Both the position numbers and the translations under genes were made by a program. Below are positions 19,178 through 27,281 of a stretch of 34,060 nucleotides of DNA, in pieces. The notes beneath the pieces are model-generated. The model searched no databases, had not been told where the DNA came from, and worked only from the letters and a program-made list of their open reading frames with translations. This DNA comes from an uncultured Methanosarcinales archaeon. GTDB lineage: Archaea; Nanobdellota; Nanobdellia; Woesearchaeales; CALCXY01. Within the stretch, counting starts at the first letter, position 1; each line of letters starts with the position of its first letter. The stretch is taken from assembly GCA_964385185.1 (NCBI GenBank), contig CAYLOA010000012.1:1-34060 (forward strand). Reading direction: 5' to 3'.

Positions 19178-20472
19178 CGTCCAACTCCAATATATTGAAA
19201 TCCTGCTTCTTCCATCTCTTTATGCTCATAGATATTTCTTCCATCAACAATAATCGGTGCTTTTAACATTTTTTTAACAATAGCAAAATCCAAATTCCTG
19301 AATTCATCCCATTCTGTTACAATAATAAGAGCATCGCATCCCTCACAAGCATCATACGGAGTAAATGAATACTCTATGCCTTCAAAGATAGTCTCTGCAA
19401 CCTTTCGAGCAACAGGATCAAAAGCGTTAACCGTTGCTCCTTCTGCTTGAAGTTGTTTAATAACAGTTATTGAAGCAGCTTCTCTCATATCATCAGTTCT
19501 TGGTTTAAAGGCCAATCCCCAGATTGCAATCTTTTTACCTTTCAAATCAGGTAACAATTTCTTCAACTTAGGAACAAGTGTCTTTTTCTGTCTTTCATTG
19601 ACTTCATCCACTTCTTTTAACATACTAGCATCAATACCTTGCTCCTCAAGAGTACCTATCAAAGCTCGAACATCCTTAGGAAAACAACTTCCACCATAAC
19701 CTACCCCTGCTTGCAAGAATCGAGGACCAATTCTATTGTCAAGTCCCATTCCTTTAGCTACAAGCTTCACATCACCACCTACCTTTTCACAAAGAGGTGC
19801 TAATAAATTCATAAAACTAATTCTTGTAGCAAGCATGGCATTTGATGCATACTTAATCATTTCAGCTGTCTTGATATCAGTAAACATGATAGGCCGTCCT
19901 GTTCGCTCAATAGATTTATAGACTTTCGTCATCATCTCCTTAGCTTTCTCACTTGAAGTTCCTATTACAATTCTATCAGGAATAGTAAAATCAGTTATCG
20001 CAAAGCCTTCCCGTAAGAATTCAGGATTAGAAACCATAGCAAATTCATGCTTTGTTTCCATACTTTCTGTAATTTTCTTCTCTACTTGTCCAGCCGTTCC
20101 CACGGGAACCGTACTTTTATCCACTATAACCTTGAATCCGTTAATATGCTTACCAATAGACTCAGCAGCACTAAAAACATACTTTAAATCAGCCTTTCCA
20201 TCAGGCCCAGAAGGTGTTCCCACACATAAAAAGATGATATCGCTCTCTTGAATAGCCTTTTGCATGTCGGTTGTAAAATGTAATCGTTTTTCCTTAACAT
20301 TCTGCTCAACCATTTCCTTAAGTCCTGGTTCAAAAAAGGGCATTTCTCCTTTCTCTAAGCCTGTAATTTTATCGGCATCTACATCCATACAAATAACATT
20401 ATTTCCAAAATTAGCTAAACACGTTCCTGTAGTGAGACCTACATAGCCTGCACCAATCATTGTAATATTCAT
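19174..20472 (-). CDS. ugd: UDP-glucose 6-dehydrogenase
   Basis: IGAGYVG, VGTP, KSTVP, SNPEFLREG, KYASN, GYGGSCFPKD, GLAFKP.TDD.R, DGRN. SD GGAGGT at 20479-20484 (minus strand). Confidence 0.96.
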   Translation of the reverse strand: MNITMIGAGYVGLTTGTCLANFGNNVICMDVDADKITGLEKGEMPFFEPGLKEMVEQNVKEKRLHFTTDMQKAIQESDIIFLCVGTPSGPDGKADLKYVFSAAESIGKHINGFKVIVDKSTVPVGTAGQVEKKITESMETKHEFAMVSNPEFLREGFAITDFTIPDRIVIGTSSEKAKEMMTKVYKSIERTGRPIMFTDIKTAEMIKYASNAMLATRISFMNLLAPLCEKVGGDVKLVAKGMGLDNRIGPRFLQAGVGYGGSCFPKDVRALIGTLEEQGIDASMLKEVDEVNERQKKTLVPKLKKLLPDLKGKKIAIWGLAFKPRTDDMREAASITVIKQLQAEGATVNAFDPVARKVAETIFEGIEYSFTPYDACEGCDALIIVTEWDEFRNLDFAIVKKMLKAPIIVDGRNIYEHKEMEEAGFQYIGVGR

Positions 20473-20506
20473 AAGTAAACCTCCATAGAGATACCCAATA
20501 TGAGGC

Positions 20507-20558
20507 TTTTTATATATCTTACCCTTATCCTACTTTATCCTACCGATATACTTATATA
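20507..20558. promoter_or_regulatory. Divergent promoter with two TATA boxes and three phased TATC(C/T)TAC repeats (candidate RHH operator)
   Basis: TATA for ugd at about 20507-20516 (-) and for the regulator at 20552-20558 (+). Repeats start at 20515, 20526 and 20536. Confidence 0.6.
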
Positions 20559-20581
20559 GTTCAGTATCTACTTAAAAGAGA

Positions 20582-21379
20582 ATGAAACAAAAGATATCTA
20601 TTACAGTAAACAAAAAAACACTCACTGAAATAGATGGCTTAGTAGATAATGTATTTATCAGGAATAGATCTCATGCTATAGAACATTTGATAGAATCATC
20701 CTTAGGCCATAATAAAGTTGCAGTCATTCTAGCAGGAGGTTCTCCTGATGCTATTAAAATCTCAAACTCTGAATATCGACCTACAGCTAAAATACACAAC
20801 TCAACCGTAGTTGAAACAGCAATAAAAAAACTGAGAACTGCTGGATTTAAATCCATCTATGTGGTAGCTCAAGATCTTATTCTTACCAAAATATTTGAAA
20901 TCCTAAAAGATGGAACATCCTATGGGGTAAAAATTAACTACATTGAAGAAAAGGATGCAGAGGGCTCAGCTTCATCACTAAAACTCTTAAAAGGAAAAAT
21001 CTCATCCAAGTTCTTAGTAGTCTATTCAGATATCATTTTTGACCAAATAAATCTAGATGAAATTTGGAATGATCACCTTAAACAAAACTACATTGCAACG
21101 TTAATGTTAACTACGTCATCTACACCATCAGAAAAAGGAACTGTAAAGGTGGAGGGTTCGAAAATCTTAGAATTTACTCAAAAACCCAAGAAATCTGATG
21201 TCTATTTAGTATTCTCCCCGATCTTTGTTGCTGACCCTGAAATCTTCAACTATGATGGTGATTCATTAGAATATGACATCTTCCCCACCTTAGCTGATAA
21301 ATCATTATTACAAGGACACATCTCCTCTGAGAAAGAAATCCACATACATTCTGAAAGTGATAAGAGTAAAGTACATTAG
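20582..21379 (+). CDS. Ribbon-helix-helix DNA-binding domain fused to a degenerate sugar-phosphate nucleotidyltransferase domain, putative transcription regulator
   Basis: MKQKISITVNKKTLTEIDGLV...NRSHAIEHLI is a CopG/NikR-type RHH. It is followed by VAVILAGG lacking the G-T-R-L-x-P signature, plus YSDIIF and FTQKP. Confidence 0.8.
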   Translation: MKQKISITVNKKTLTEIDGLVDNVFIRNRSHAIEHLIESSLGHNKVAVILAGGSPDAIKISNSEYRPTAKIHNSTVVETAIKKLRTAGFKSIYVVAQDLILTKIFEILKDGTSYGVKINYIEEKDAEGSASSLKLLKGKISSKFLVVYSDIIFDQINLDEIWNDHLKQNYIATLMLTTSSTPSEKGTVKVEGSKILEFTQKPKKSDVYLVFSPIFVADPEIFNYDGDSLEYDIFPTLADKSLLQGHISSEKEIHIHSESDKSKVH

Positions 21380-22242
21380 AAAGAATCCATCTTCATAAAA
21401 TTTTCAGGTATCGCTTCCTTAACTTTTTCTCGAGGAATTTCTATACTCATAACATATCCATCAAGAAGGAACGGCTCATCATATCCTGGGAAATTCTTTT
21501 GATTAAATGTAAAATCTTCATCTTTGGTACTACAAATATATCCTCCTAATCCTCTTAATAAAGCATCGGCTGGTGCCGCATCCCAATCTTTACTATTTGG
21601 GATATTACTTGCACACACATGTATTCTTCCATTAAGTAAAGCGTCAACAGTACTCCCACTAGCTCCAGTAGGTACAATTTCGACTTCCAGGCCTAAACTT
21701 TCTCCTAGTGTATAATAGAAATCCTTCAATGTGTTATTTTCTTCATACCATTTCATACCACATAACAACTTTTCTAATTTTTGCTCTGGAATGGGTGTAA
21801 TTATTCCTTGATCTTCAAAAATAACATCTTTCCCATCAGAGTACCACATTCTATCTGCACCAGGCACATAAACAATACTTGCAACAGATGCATATGTCCC
21901 ATTAGGTTGTCTTTGTAATAATGCAACCATAGTGGCGTATCCTTCTTTTTTACCTTTACTAAAATCATATGTTCCATCAACAGTATCTAATTGCCAAAGT
22001 AAATCATAATCAAATCTAGTGGGATTAAGATGTTCTTCTGAATAAGATCCTGGAAACTGACGCTGAATAATATCAAGAATACTTTTACTAGATTCTATAT
22101 CAGCAGCAGTAACTAAATTGGGATACTTATAGTTTCCTTTTGTCACAGCCTCTACATTGCCAAATCTTGGAAGAATCTCATTAGCTGCAGCCCACCTAAT
22201 CAGCTTAACCATCTTCCTTACTTCACGAGTAAATGTTACCAT
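21376..22242 (-). CDS. Inositol monophosphatase / CysQ-like (FIG superfamily) phosphatase
   Basis: LVTAAD, SEE, WQLDTVDGT (a DPxDGT variant), KDWDAAP...GG. Confidence 0.8.
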   Translation of the reverse strand: MVTFTREVRKMVKLIRWAAANEILPRFGNVEAVTKGNYKYPNLVTAADIESSKSILDIIQRQFPGSYSEEHLNPTRFDYDLLWQLDTVDGTYDFSKGKKEGYATMVALLQRQPNGTYASVASIVYVPGADRMWYSDGKDVIFEDQGIITPIPEQKLEKLLCGMKWYEENNTLKDFYYTLGESLGLEVEIVPTGASGSTVDALLNGRIHVCASNIPNSKDWDAAPADALLRGLGGYICSTKDEDFTFNQKNFPGYDEPFLLDGYVMSIEIPREKVKEAIPENFMKMDSF

Positions 22243-22304
22243 AAAAATAGAAATTCAGTATCCTTTTTTAAGATATTGTTTAAATTAGGTATCAAAACAA
22301 AACC

Positions 22305-22312
22305 TTTATAAA
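22305..22312 (+). promoter_or_regulatory. TATA box for the 5S rRNA gene
   Basis: TTTATAAA with an A-rich BRE-like run upstream, ending 22 nt before the 5S 5' end. Confidence 0.7.
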
Positions 22313-22333
22313 TCACCCCAAACACCTATTATA

Positions 22334-22445
22334 TGGACGGCCATAGCTGTTTGGTTCACCTGTTCCCATTCGAACACAGAAGTTAAGCAAGCATACGTTC
22401 TGATGTGTACTGTACTTAAGTACGGGAAATTTGGAAAGCTGTCCA
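22334..22445 (+). rRNA. rrf: 5S ribosomal RNA (stand-alone, about 112 nt)
   Basis: Helix I TGGACGGC pairs with GCTGTCCA. GGCCATA, the loop C region ACCTGTTCCCATTCGAACACAGAAGTTAAG, and archaeal-type loop E GTACT...GGGAAA are all present. Confidence 0.93.
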
Positions 22446-22447
22446 CC

Positions 22448-22458
22448 TTATTTTTCTT
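22448..22458 (+). terminator. T-rich archaeal-type terminator after 5S rRNA
   Basis: TTATTTTTCTT directly after helix I. Confidence 0.5.
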
Positions 22459-22504
22459 AAATAATTTCAGAAAATCTTTTATACTTATAACATATAAATC
22501 TTGT

Positions 22505-23068
22505 ATGCGTGATACTACTCCAATTCTAGAAGCTTTAGAACAGATTGGTGAAGATACCGAAATATATCAAGATGAATTTTCAAAACATACACCAAAAGAT
22601 TTTCCAAATAATACTTTTCTTAAAGGAATAGTAGCAATATATGATAGTAGTACAGTGCCTAAAAACAGATTTTTAAAAGGTCGAGGTATTTCAATACATT
22701 ATAGTATTTCTAGGATGTATGGTCTTAATATTACATTGATTCAAGGAAACACAAATTTTAATGAACGAAGAATTTGGAGTGCAAATCCTGGATTAGCTGA
22801 CCTAGGAACAAGAATTGCAATGCGAACTGAGGGTCTTGAATTCTATAATGGTACTTTTTTGCAAACAAGATTACACAGTAATGAGGCAACTGCTGAAGGC
22901 ATCAGAAATGTTAGTAGGGCTCAAAATCAAGTGTACCAAGTTGTACAATATCTTGAACATAAACATGTAAACGATGCAGTAATGGCAACATTAGGAGACA
23001 GCAGTCTTTGCTATCCGCTAAAAGATACACAATTTCCTACAGCTCAATCAAAACATTCTTCTCCTTAG
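22505..23068 (+). CDS. Hypothetical protein (187 aa)
   Basis: The track start at 22403 lies inside the 5S gene. The next ATG, 22505 (MRDTTPIL), has TTTTATAC about 21 nt upstream. The 3' end overlaps the NFACT gene by 32 nt. Confidence 0.6.
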   Translation: MRDTTPILEALEQIGEDTEIYQDEFSKHTPKDFPNNTFLKGIVAIYDSSTVPKNRFLKGRGISIHYSISRMYGLNITLIQGNTNFNERRIWSANPGLADLGTRIAMRTEGLEFYNGTFLQTRLHSNEATAEGIRNVSRAQNQVYQVVQYLEHKHVNDAVMATLGDSSLCYPLKDTQFPTAQSKHSSP

Positions 23069-24155
23069 CATTAACACCTTTAACCAACTTATGATCTTTC
23101 AAATGATCTGCAATCTCATCCCAATTCATATTTTCCTCTAACGCTTTAACATAATCCATCACTTCTTTAATTTCTTGATAATGGGTATAGATAGCCTCAG
23201 CTTTAGCAGTATTCTCATCCATATCCTGTATAATCTTTTGTAATTGATTAGTTTGTTTCTTTAACAAATTCTCAACCTTTCCCACTTCTTTATCATACAC
23301 ACTTTCCTTCCCTTGCTCCACCTTACTAAGCAATGTAGTATTAACCAATCGTTCAACACCGTAAGAAAACAATTCAACCTTATGTTGATTCTTTTTATCA
23401 AATACAGTAAAGGCACAAGGTATAACATCAACGATATCAGTCTCATAAATTACTCGAGGATCTGCTTTACGAGTAAACACTTTCTGTAAAGCATCAAATA
23501 CTTTCAATATCTGATCAGCAGGTAATTTCTTGCTAGAATCAAAACCCAATTCAGAACACACTTCTTGTGCCAAACCGCCTCCAAGTCCTAAATCAACAGC
23601 TAAAGTCATCTCAACATTATCTTTTTTAGTTTCTTGAAAAGCTTTAGTCACATCTTTTAAATCAGAAATATCATACTTCAAAGCAGGATAATTATAGGTA
23701 ACTCCTCCTCGTAACTCATCTCCCCCTTTAGTATTCCTCCATAATCCTATAATAGTCATTTTCTCATCAACCAAAATCATATTCCCTTTAGCAAACAATT
23801 CAACAATCAATTGCCGTTTAGAATCTCTTCCTTCGAGATCAAATACAACTACTCGCTCAAATCCTTTTTGCTCAATCTTAACAATTCGAGTGTTTTCTAT
23901 ATGTTTTCGTAAAAAAGTACAAAATCCTAGAATTTGGTCGGGACTGGTTCGTTTACCTTCTGCCATATACAAAAAACCAGGTAAGAAAGCAGTAACAAAA
24001 TGTTTACCTAATCCAGTTACATGCACTTGCAAAGTTACCGTCTTCTCATCAGGCATATACACTCGTGAAATCTTACCACCTACTACTTTCTGTAAATCTT
24101 TCACAACATACCCTAATTCAAAAGCACTTAACTGTGTCTTAAAATGATCTGCCAT
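23037..24155 (-). CDS. rqcH: Ribosome quality control Rqc2/RqcH (NFACT) family, N-terminal portion only
   Basis: LSAFEL, FCTFLRKHI, IEQKGFERVV, LIVELFAKGNMILVD, HhH-like LGLGGGLAQEVC, then a coiled coil. Ends before the second coil and the NFACT-R domain. Confidence 0.85.
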   Translation of the reverse strand: MADHFKTQLSAFELGYVVKDLQKVVGGKISRVYMPDEKTVTLQVHVTGLGKHFVTAFLPGFLYMAEGKRTSPDQILGFCTFLRKHIENTRIVKIEQKGFERVVVFDLEGRDSKRQLIVELFAKGNMILVDEKMTIIGLWRNTKGGDELRGGVTYNYPALKYDISDLKDVTKAFQETKKDNVEMTLAVDLGLGGGLAQEVCSELGFDSSKKLPADQILKVFDALQKVFTRKADPRVIYETDIVDVIPCAFTVFDKKNQHKVELFSYGVERLVNTTLLSKVEQGKESVYDKEVGKVENLLKKQTNQLQKIIQDMDENTAKAEAIYTHYQEIKEVMDYVKALEENMNWDEIADHLKDHKLVKGVNAKEKNVLIEL

Positions 24156-24264
24156 AAAACTACCTAAGAAGAGAGTTATTTAAAGATTGTGTAATGATTC
24201 TAAAAAAACACCAAGAACTTCATAAATTACACTACATTTCAGAGAATTAAAATACAAAAATGAC

Positions 24265-24693
24265 CTAAGGTGTCAAATTATAAGATTCCCCGGCATTATT
24301 AGTATTCTTTAAACAATACTTTGTTATAATATATCCCACAACACCAGCAACAATAGCTGCAGGAATATCTTCAACTTCTTGTGCATTTTTTGGAATAATG
24401 TCCCACAAACCCTCGCCAAGAACAGCATACAGAGTTATACAAGGGGTGACAATATCTGGCAAATATTTTCCAAGGGTACTGAGAATTTTTGACTTTTTCC
24501 TTTCTCCATATGATTGAATGGACCGTCCATAGAGGCCAGCCATCATGATAGTTCCCATAACTGGGTTAAAATTGCCAATATGTTCTCCTACAATCCCTAT
24601 ACTTTTACGATCAACAAGATGGATAGCATCTAAAGTCCATCCAACTGCACCAATTCCACAAGCACCATAAAACACTTTATCTTCAAACGACAT
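24265..24693 (-). CDS. Hypothetical membrane protein (142 aa)
   Basis: About 4 hydrophobic segments and its own AT-rich upstream region. Confidence 0.65.
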   Translation of the reverse strand: MSFEDKVFYGACGIGAVGWTLDAIHLVDRKSIGIVGEHIGNFNPVMGTIMMAGLYGRSIQSYGERKKSKILSTLGKYLPDIVTPCITLYAVLGEGLWDIIPKNAQEVEDIPAAIVAGVVGYIITKYCLKNTNNAGESYNLTP

Positions 24694-24759
24694 ATAACAT
24701 CAAATAAATAGTATACTAGTCAAGTATAATAAATGTTTCTACAATTATATTTCATATAA

Positions 24760-24948
24760 TCAAGAATTTTTTAAGTTTTTACTGTAAACAATTTCATGAT
24801 CTCTCCAATCTATCATTTCCCATCCAAATCGATTAGCTAATTTTTCAGGAACAGCGTTAGTCTTGCCTCTGATATATGATCTTCCTTGCAACAGATTATG
24901 CGTCAACATAAATAAGTGGTATGGACTAATCTTCTTAAGTTTAACCAT
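24760..24948 (-). CDS. Small hypothetical protein (62 aa)
   Basis: Fills an intergenic gap, ATG start, TTATAAA about 22 nt upstream. Confidence 0.45.
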   Translation of the reverse strand: MVKLKKISPYHLFMLTHNLLQGRSYIRGKTNAVPEKLANRFGWEMIDWRDHEIVYSKNLKNS

Positions 24949-25020
24949 AATATTAAAATAGGTAAAATGTTATAAACGTTCCTGAATATATTAGACAACT
25001 AAAAAAATATTGGTAGATAC

Positions 25021-25482
25021 TTAGAAAAACAAACTATACACATCTTCATCTTCTTTATCATAATAATGATTCTTTAAAGATGTTTCAAGCTTAAACCCTA
25101 ATTTCTCATAAAACTTTTTAGCTCGATCATTGGAATGGTGAGTTAACAAATACAACTTACGCAAAGAAAAACCTTTCTTAACATAGAATGCTTTAATTTC
25201 TTTAACCAATCCGTCAAATAACTTCTGAGCTATCCCTTTCCCTCGAGCACTTCCCAAAACTGCAATCCTATTCAACTCTGCTAACTCATGTTTAGGCAAA
25301 TCATGAACTGTCCAAGAAGCAAAACCTAATATCTCACCATCCTCAACAACAACATAACGATGTTCTTTTCCAATTTCAGAAACAAACACTTTCTCACCCT
25401 CAGCAACGGTATCCATATTATAACTTTCAACCATTACTTTGGCAATCCCTTTTGCATCCGTAACTTTTGCTTTTCGTATCAT
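25021..25482 (-). CDS. GNAT family N-acetyltransferase
   Basis: IRKA, ILGFAS, RIAV..ARGKGIA (acetyl-CoA motif A), N..AKKFYEKLGF. ATGA overlap with the glmS stop. Confidence 0.92.
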   Translation of the reverse strand: MIRKAKVTDAKGIAKVMVESYNMDTVAEGEKVFVSEIGKEHRYVVVEDGEILGFASWTVHDLPKHELAELNRIAVLGSARGKGIAQKLFDGLVKEIKAFYVKKGFSLRKLYLLTHHSNDRAKKFYEKLGFKLETSLKNHYYDKEDEDVYSLFF

Positions 25483-27281
25483 TCCACAGTCACCACCTTA
25501 GCTAAATTCCTAGGTTTATCAATATCACAACCCCGTTGCAAAGCAATTACATAAGCAAACACTTGTAAAACAACAACTGAAACAATCGGACTTACATAAT
25601 CACTCATTTTGGGAACATAAATCACATCATCAGCAACCTTCAAAATCCCTTTATCCCCTTCAGTCGCAATAGCAATGATCTTTCCACCTCTAGACTTTAC
25701 TTCTTGCATATTATTTAAAACTTTATCATACAAATCATCTTTCAAAGCTAAAAACACAGAGGGCATATCCTTATCAATAAGAGCTATAGGTCCATGTTTC
25801 AACTCAGCCGCTGATTGACCTTCTGCATGAATATAACTAATCTCCTTCAACTTCAAAGCACCTTCTAAAGCAATAGGATATAAATATCCTCTACCCAAAA
25901 ATAACACATTATTATGAGTACTGTACTTAGAAGCAACTTTTACAATGGAATCATATCCCTTCAACACCTCTTTAACATTCCCACCTAATGAAGCTACCTC
26001 TTGCATCTCCATTACACCTTTCTCTCGGTTATATCCTTCCTTATGCTTGGCATAATACATACAAAACATAAGAAGTGTCTGAACCTGAGCAGTAAAAGCC
26101 TTAGTACTTGCCACCCCAACTTCTTGCCCAGCTTGTGTAGTTAAAGTAAAATTACTCTCACGAACAAGAGTTGAATGAGCAACATTACAAATACTCAGCA
26201 CAAAAGCCCCTTTTGCCCTTGCCTTATCAACAGCAGCCAAAGTATCAGCAGTCTCGCCAGATTGAGAGATAGCAATAACCAATGTTTTATCATCAACAAT
26301 CGCATCTCTATATCTAAACTCAGAAGCATACTGGACATCTGCTGGAAACTTCAAGAACTTCTCAAAATAATAACTTCCCACCAATCCAGCGTAATAAGCA
26401 GTCCCACAAGCAATAATAACAATTCTATGCAAAGGCTTCATCCGTAACTTCTTAAGCTCCTGACCAACATGGTCAAAAGTCTTCTTTAAAGTATCAGGCT
26501 GTTCATAAATCTCTTTAAGCATATAGTGTGGAAACTTCCCTAGCTCTGCCCGTACGATTTTTCTATAGATTGTTTGAATCTGAAATTTCTTTTTCTTCCG
26601 GGAATTAATATCAAAAAGGTGAATTTCGTCACCCACTTCTGCTAGTTCACCATCATGCATAACAACAGCTTCATTTGTATAATCCAAAAATGTTTGAAGA
26701 TCAGAACTTATAAATTTTTTCTGATCCCCCAAACCAAGAGTCAAAGGACTGCCGTTTCTGACACCGATTAGACTGTTAGATTTAGAGTCCATGACAACTA
26801 ATGCATACCTACCTGTCAGTTTTGGTAAAATATTTAAAATTGCATCCCTAAGTGAAGATCTTTTTTTGACCTCATCCTCAATCATATGAGCCAAAACTTC
26901 AGAATCAGTTTCAGATGTGAAAGTGTGACCATTTTTGTGAAGTTTTTCTTTTAACTCTTGAAAATTTTCAATGATCCCATTATGAACCAGAGCAATATTG
27001 CCCTTACAATCGGTATGTGGATGAGAATTTTCTTTTGTAACACCTCCACAAGTTGCCCACCTAGTATGACCAATACCAAGACTTCCAGATATACTTGAAA
27101 GCCTCAATTTCTTATTTACTATGTCAATTCTTCCAACCTCTTTTTTAACAATAATGCCCTTTTGGTTTTGAATTGCTATTCCTGCCGAATCATATCCTCG
27201 ATATTCTAATTTCTTTAGATTGTCAACGATAATCTTACTTACGTCATTCTCGGAAGAAATAACCCCTATTATTCCACACAT
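25479..27281 (-). CDS. glmS: Glutamine--fructose-6-phosphate aminotransferase (isomerizing)
   Basis: MCGIIG, EYRGYDSAG, GHTRWAT, HNGIIEN, TDSEV, ACGT, SQSGETADT, STKAF, LKLKE, ELKHGP, PRNLAKVVTVE. Confidence 0.97.
   Translation of the reverse strand: MCGIIGVISSENDVSKIIVDNLKKLEYRGYDSAGIAIQNQKGIIVKKEVGRIDIVNKKLRLSSISGSLGIGHTRWATCGGVTKENSHPHTDCKGNIALVHNGIIENFQELKEKLHKNGHTFTSETDSEVLAHMIEDEVKKRSSLRDAILNILPKLTGRYALVVMDSKSNSLIGVRNGSPLTLGLGDQKKFISSDLQTFLDYTNEAVVMHDGELAEVGDEIHLFDINSRKKKKFQIQTIYRKIVRAELGKFPHYMLKEIYEQPDTLKKTFDHVGQELKKLRMKPLHRIVIIACGTAYYAGLVGSYYFEKFLKFPADVQYASEFRYRDAIVDDKTLVIAISQSGETADTLAAVDKARAKGAFVLSICNVAHSTLVRESNFTLTTQAGQEVGVASTKAFTAQVQTLLMFCMYYAKHKEGYNREKGVMEMQEVASLGGNVKEVLKGYDSIVKVASKYSTHNNVLFLGRGYLYPIALEGALKLKEISYIHAEGQSAAELKHGPIALIDKDMPSVFLALKDDLYDKVLNNMQEVKSRGGKIIAIATEGDKGILKVADDVIYVPKMSDYVSPIVSVVVLQVFAYVIALQRGCDIDKPRNLAKVVTVE

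Noticed and set aside
22403..22504. N-terminal extension of ORF 22403..23068
   Set aside because: It overlaps the 5S rRNA and its terminator. ATG 22505 has its own TATA-like box.
24156..25020. Integron-like cassette array or tRNA integration site
   Set aside because: No repeated attC-like palindromes, tRNA cloverleaf or integrase could be found by eye.
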